DNA of 53,694 bases, the filler included, from Sluysia triapertura (lineage: Eukaryota), in assembly GCA_046118255.1 (NCBI GenBank). It is 4 parts of 4 records of this genome, joined end to end, with 100 filler letters (N's around TTAATTAATTAA, not from the genome) between each part and the next. Parts side by side here need not be neighbours in the genome. Positions count along the whole stretch, not along the records: positions 37,455 to 53,694 come from JBJNIA010207923.1; 3 more parts are not named here. The stretch is one strand, 5' to 3'. The notes beneath the pieces are model-generated. The model had not been told where the DNA came from. It saw nothing but the letters and a program-made list of their open reading frames with translations, and ran no database searches. Position 1 is the first letter of the stretch. Each line of letters starts with the position of its first letter. Both the position numbers and the translations under genes were made by a program. This document shows, piece after piece, positions 52,262 to 53,694 of this stretch.

Positions 52262-52420
52262 TGTTGGAATAGAAAAAGTCCTAAGGTGCCATTTGGTAAA
52301 ATTGACTATAATAATCTACAATTGTTAGACGGGGCTGATAGCTCAGTGGTAAAGCAGTCGAACTGCGCATCGATGGTCCCGGGTTTCATCCCCGGTCAGT
52401 CCATTTTATGAAGTCCAACA
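52262..52420 (+). mobile_element. Full tRNA-Ala mini-element copy
   Basis: Perfect 7-bp terminal inverted repeat TGTTGGA...TCCAACA with flanks AATA/AATG. tRNA-like unit at 52332-52403 has acceptor stem GGGCTGA/TCAGTCC, discriminator A and TTTT. Confidence 0.87.
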
Positions 52421-53533
52421 AATGTAAAATTTATTCATTTTGTTTTAGCTTAACATATAATAATGTATTCTTTCTTTCAGATGCAACACTCAAAGTACGG
52501 GGACCTAGAACCTTGAACTTCTGAATCATCGCTTATCTTGGGACTACTCCTGAGACATCTGTACATTTTTGGTTCACGCTATTTCAGATTGTGATAATTT
52601 CTCAGCATATTACTTAGCACTTTTGTGTTTTGAGAGCTAAATAGAACTTGTCCAGATGTATTTGAGTCCAAAATTTTAAAATGACATCTGATATTATTGA
52701 TACTTTTAAAAGATTCATAATAAACTTTTATTTAGTGCATTATGGTGCTGTAAAATCGAGATTATAATGATGTATTCTAATTATGAACAATCTTGAAAAT
52801 TATTCAAACATCATATAACTTCTTAAAAATATATCTAATCTTTTGAATATCTGATAATATGCTTCAATTAAAATTTATGAAAGAAAGATTATGTTTTATT
52901 TTTATAACATGTACAATAGCACTAGCGGCAAAAATGTAACGGTAAAATGTGTTAGTATAAATATTATATTTTTGCTAATAATTCAATTTATGTACAACTT
53001 GATTATTTTCTAACACTTATAAGAATATCTGGAGGTCACTGTTCACTCGTCTCTGATATATAAAAATTCGATCTATAACAACAGTAAAATAAATCGACAA
53101 AATAAATATCCCATGTGTAAAGTGACTTTAACATTTTCAGAATTTACCTTACGTAACGATTTTGAGTTTACAGAAATGTCTTATGTTAAAAAAATCTTAT
53201 TCTAATTTTATAACGTTAAAATAAATTCAAATATGTCACTAGTTAATAATGGAACACCTCGATTCCTCTTTCACTTAAAATACCTGGAATCGGTTAGAAT
53301 CAAATTGAGTGCTCCTTGAAGTCTATTTATATCCAATTTTTCCATAATAGTGATAGTTTTAATTTTTGTCATATAATGGAATTACTTTTTTACTATTACT
53401 CTATTTTTTCACTATTGTATAATAGATTTATAATTGTTATTACTTAATTTCAATTTATATTAATATTATTTTATTCTCATTATTTTTCATAATATGGTGT
53501 TATTACTTTTTAACCTAATTGTAATTTATAATA

Positions 53534-53694
53534 CTCCCTCCGTCCGAAAATAAGAGTCCCATTTCTAAATATTAGGTTTTTTATTGATTTAAATGGTATG
53601 AAGGGATAAAGTTTTCGTTGATAAACACAATTTTTCTTATGAGCTTATGAGAATTACGATATCACGAAATTAGACAATATTTTTTTAACTTTAC
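53534..53694 (+). mobile_element. Stowaway-like (DD39D mariner) MITE left end
   Basis: TA|CTCCCTCCGTCCGAAAATAAGAGTCCC matches the Stowaway TIR consensus. The right end lies outside the window. Confidence 0.7.

Overview
Very AT-rich eukaryotic (metazoan-type) genomic scaffold with GT-AG introns as short as 32-38 nt, many (AAT)n microsatellites and four assembly gaps. The compact introns and low GC resemble a reduced parasitic spiralian such as an orthonectid, but this is inference only. Host genes: a complete 5-exon divergent beta-tubulin (16242-22795, +), the 5' half of CDKAL1 (-), the 3' end of an IAP/MYLIP-type RING E3 ligase (-) and two unidentified partial genes. Decayed host-gene fragments resemble bestrophin, TULP4, SRSF1/9 and UBR5. 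The rest is largely transposon relics: hAT, several Tc1/mariner families, L2-like LINEs, a NeSL/Utopia-like Ulp1-protease retroelement and Gypsy traces. The most unusual signals are: (1) a multi-copy ~160-bp TG...CA element with a 4-bp TSD carrying an internal tRNA-Ala-like Pol III unit that keeps G3:U70; (2) a NeSL-like retroelement joined to one such unit at the D-arm; (3) a nested structure in the large tubulin intron, where a Tc1 transposase relic is split in-frame by a 2.86-kb segment carrying an antisense TULP4-like gene fragment; (4) a 1.6-kb TG...CA element with similar termini, TSD type and internal inverted terminus. All protein identifications come from motif recognition by eye, not database searches.
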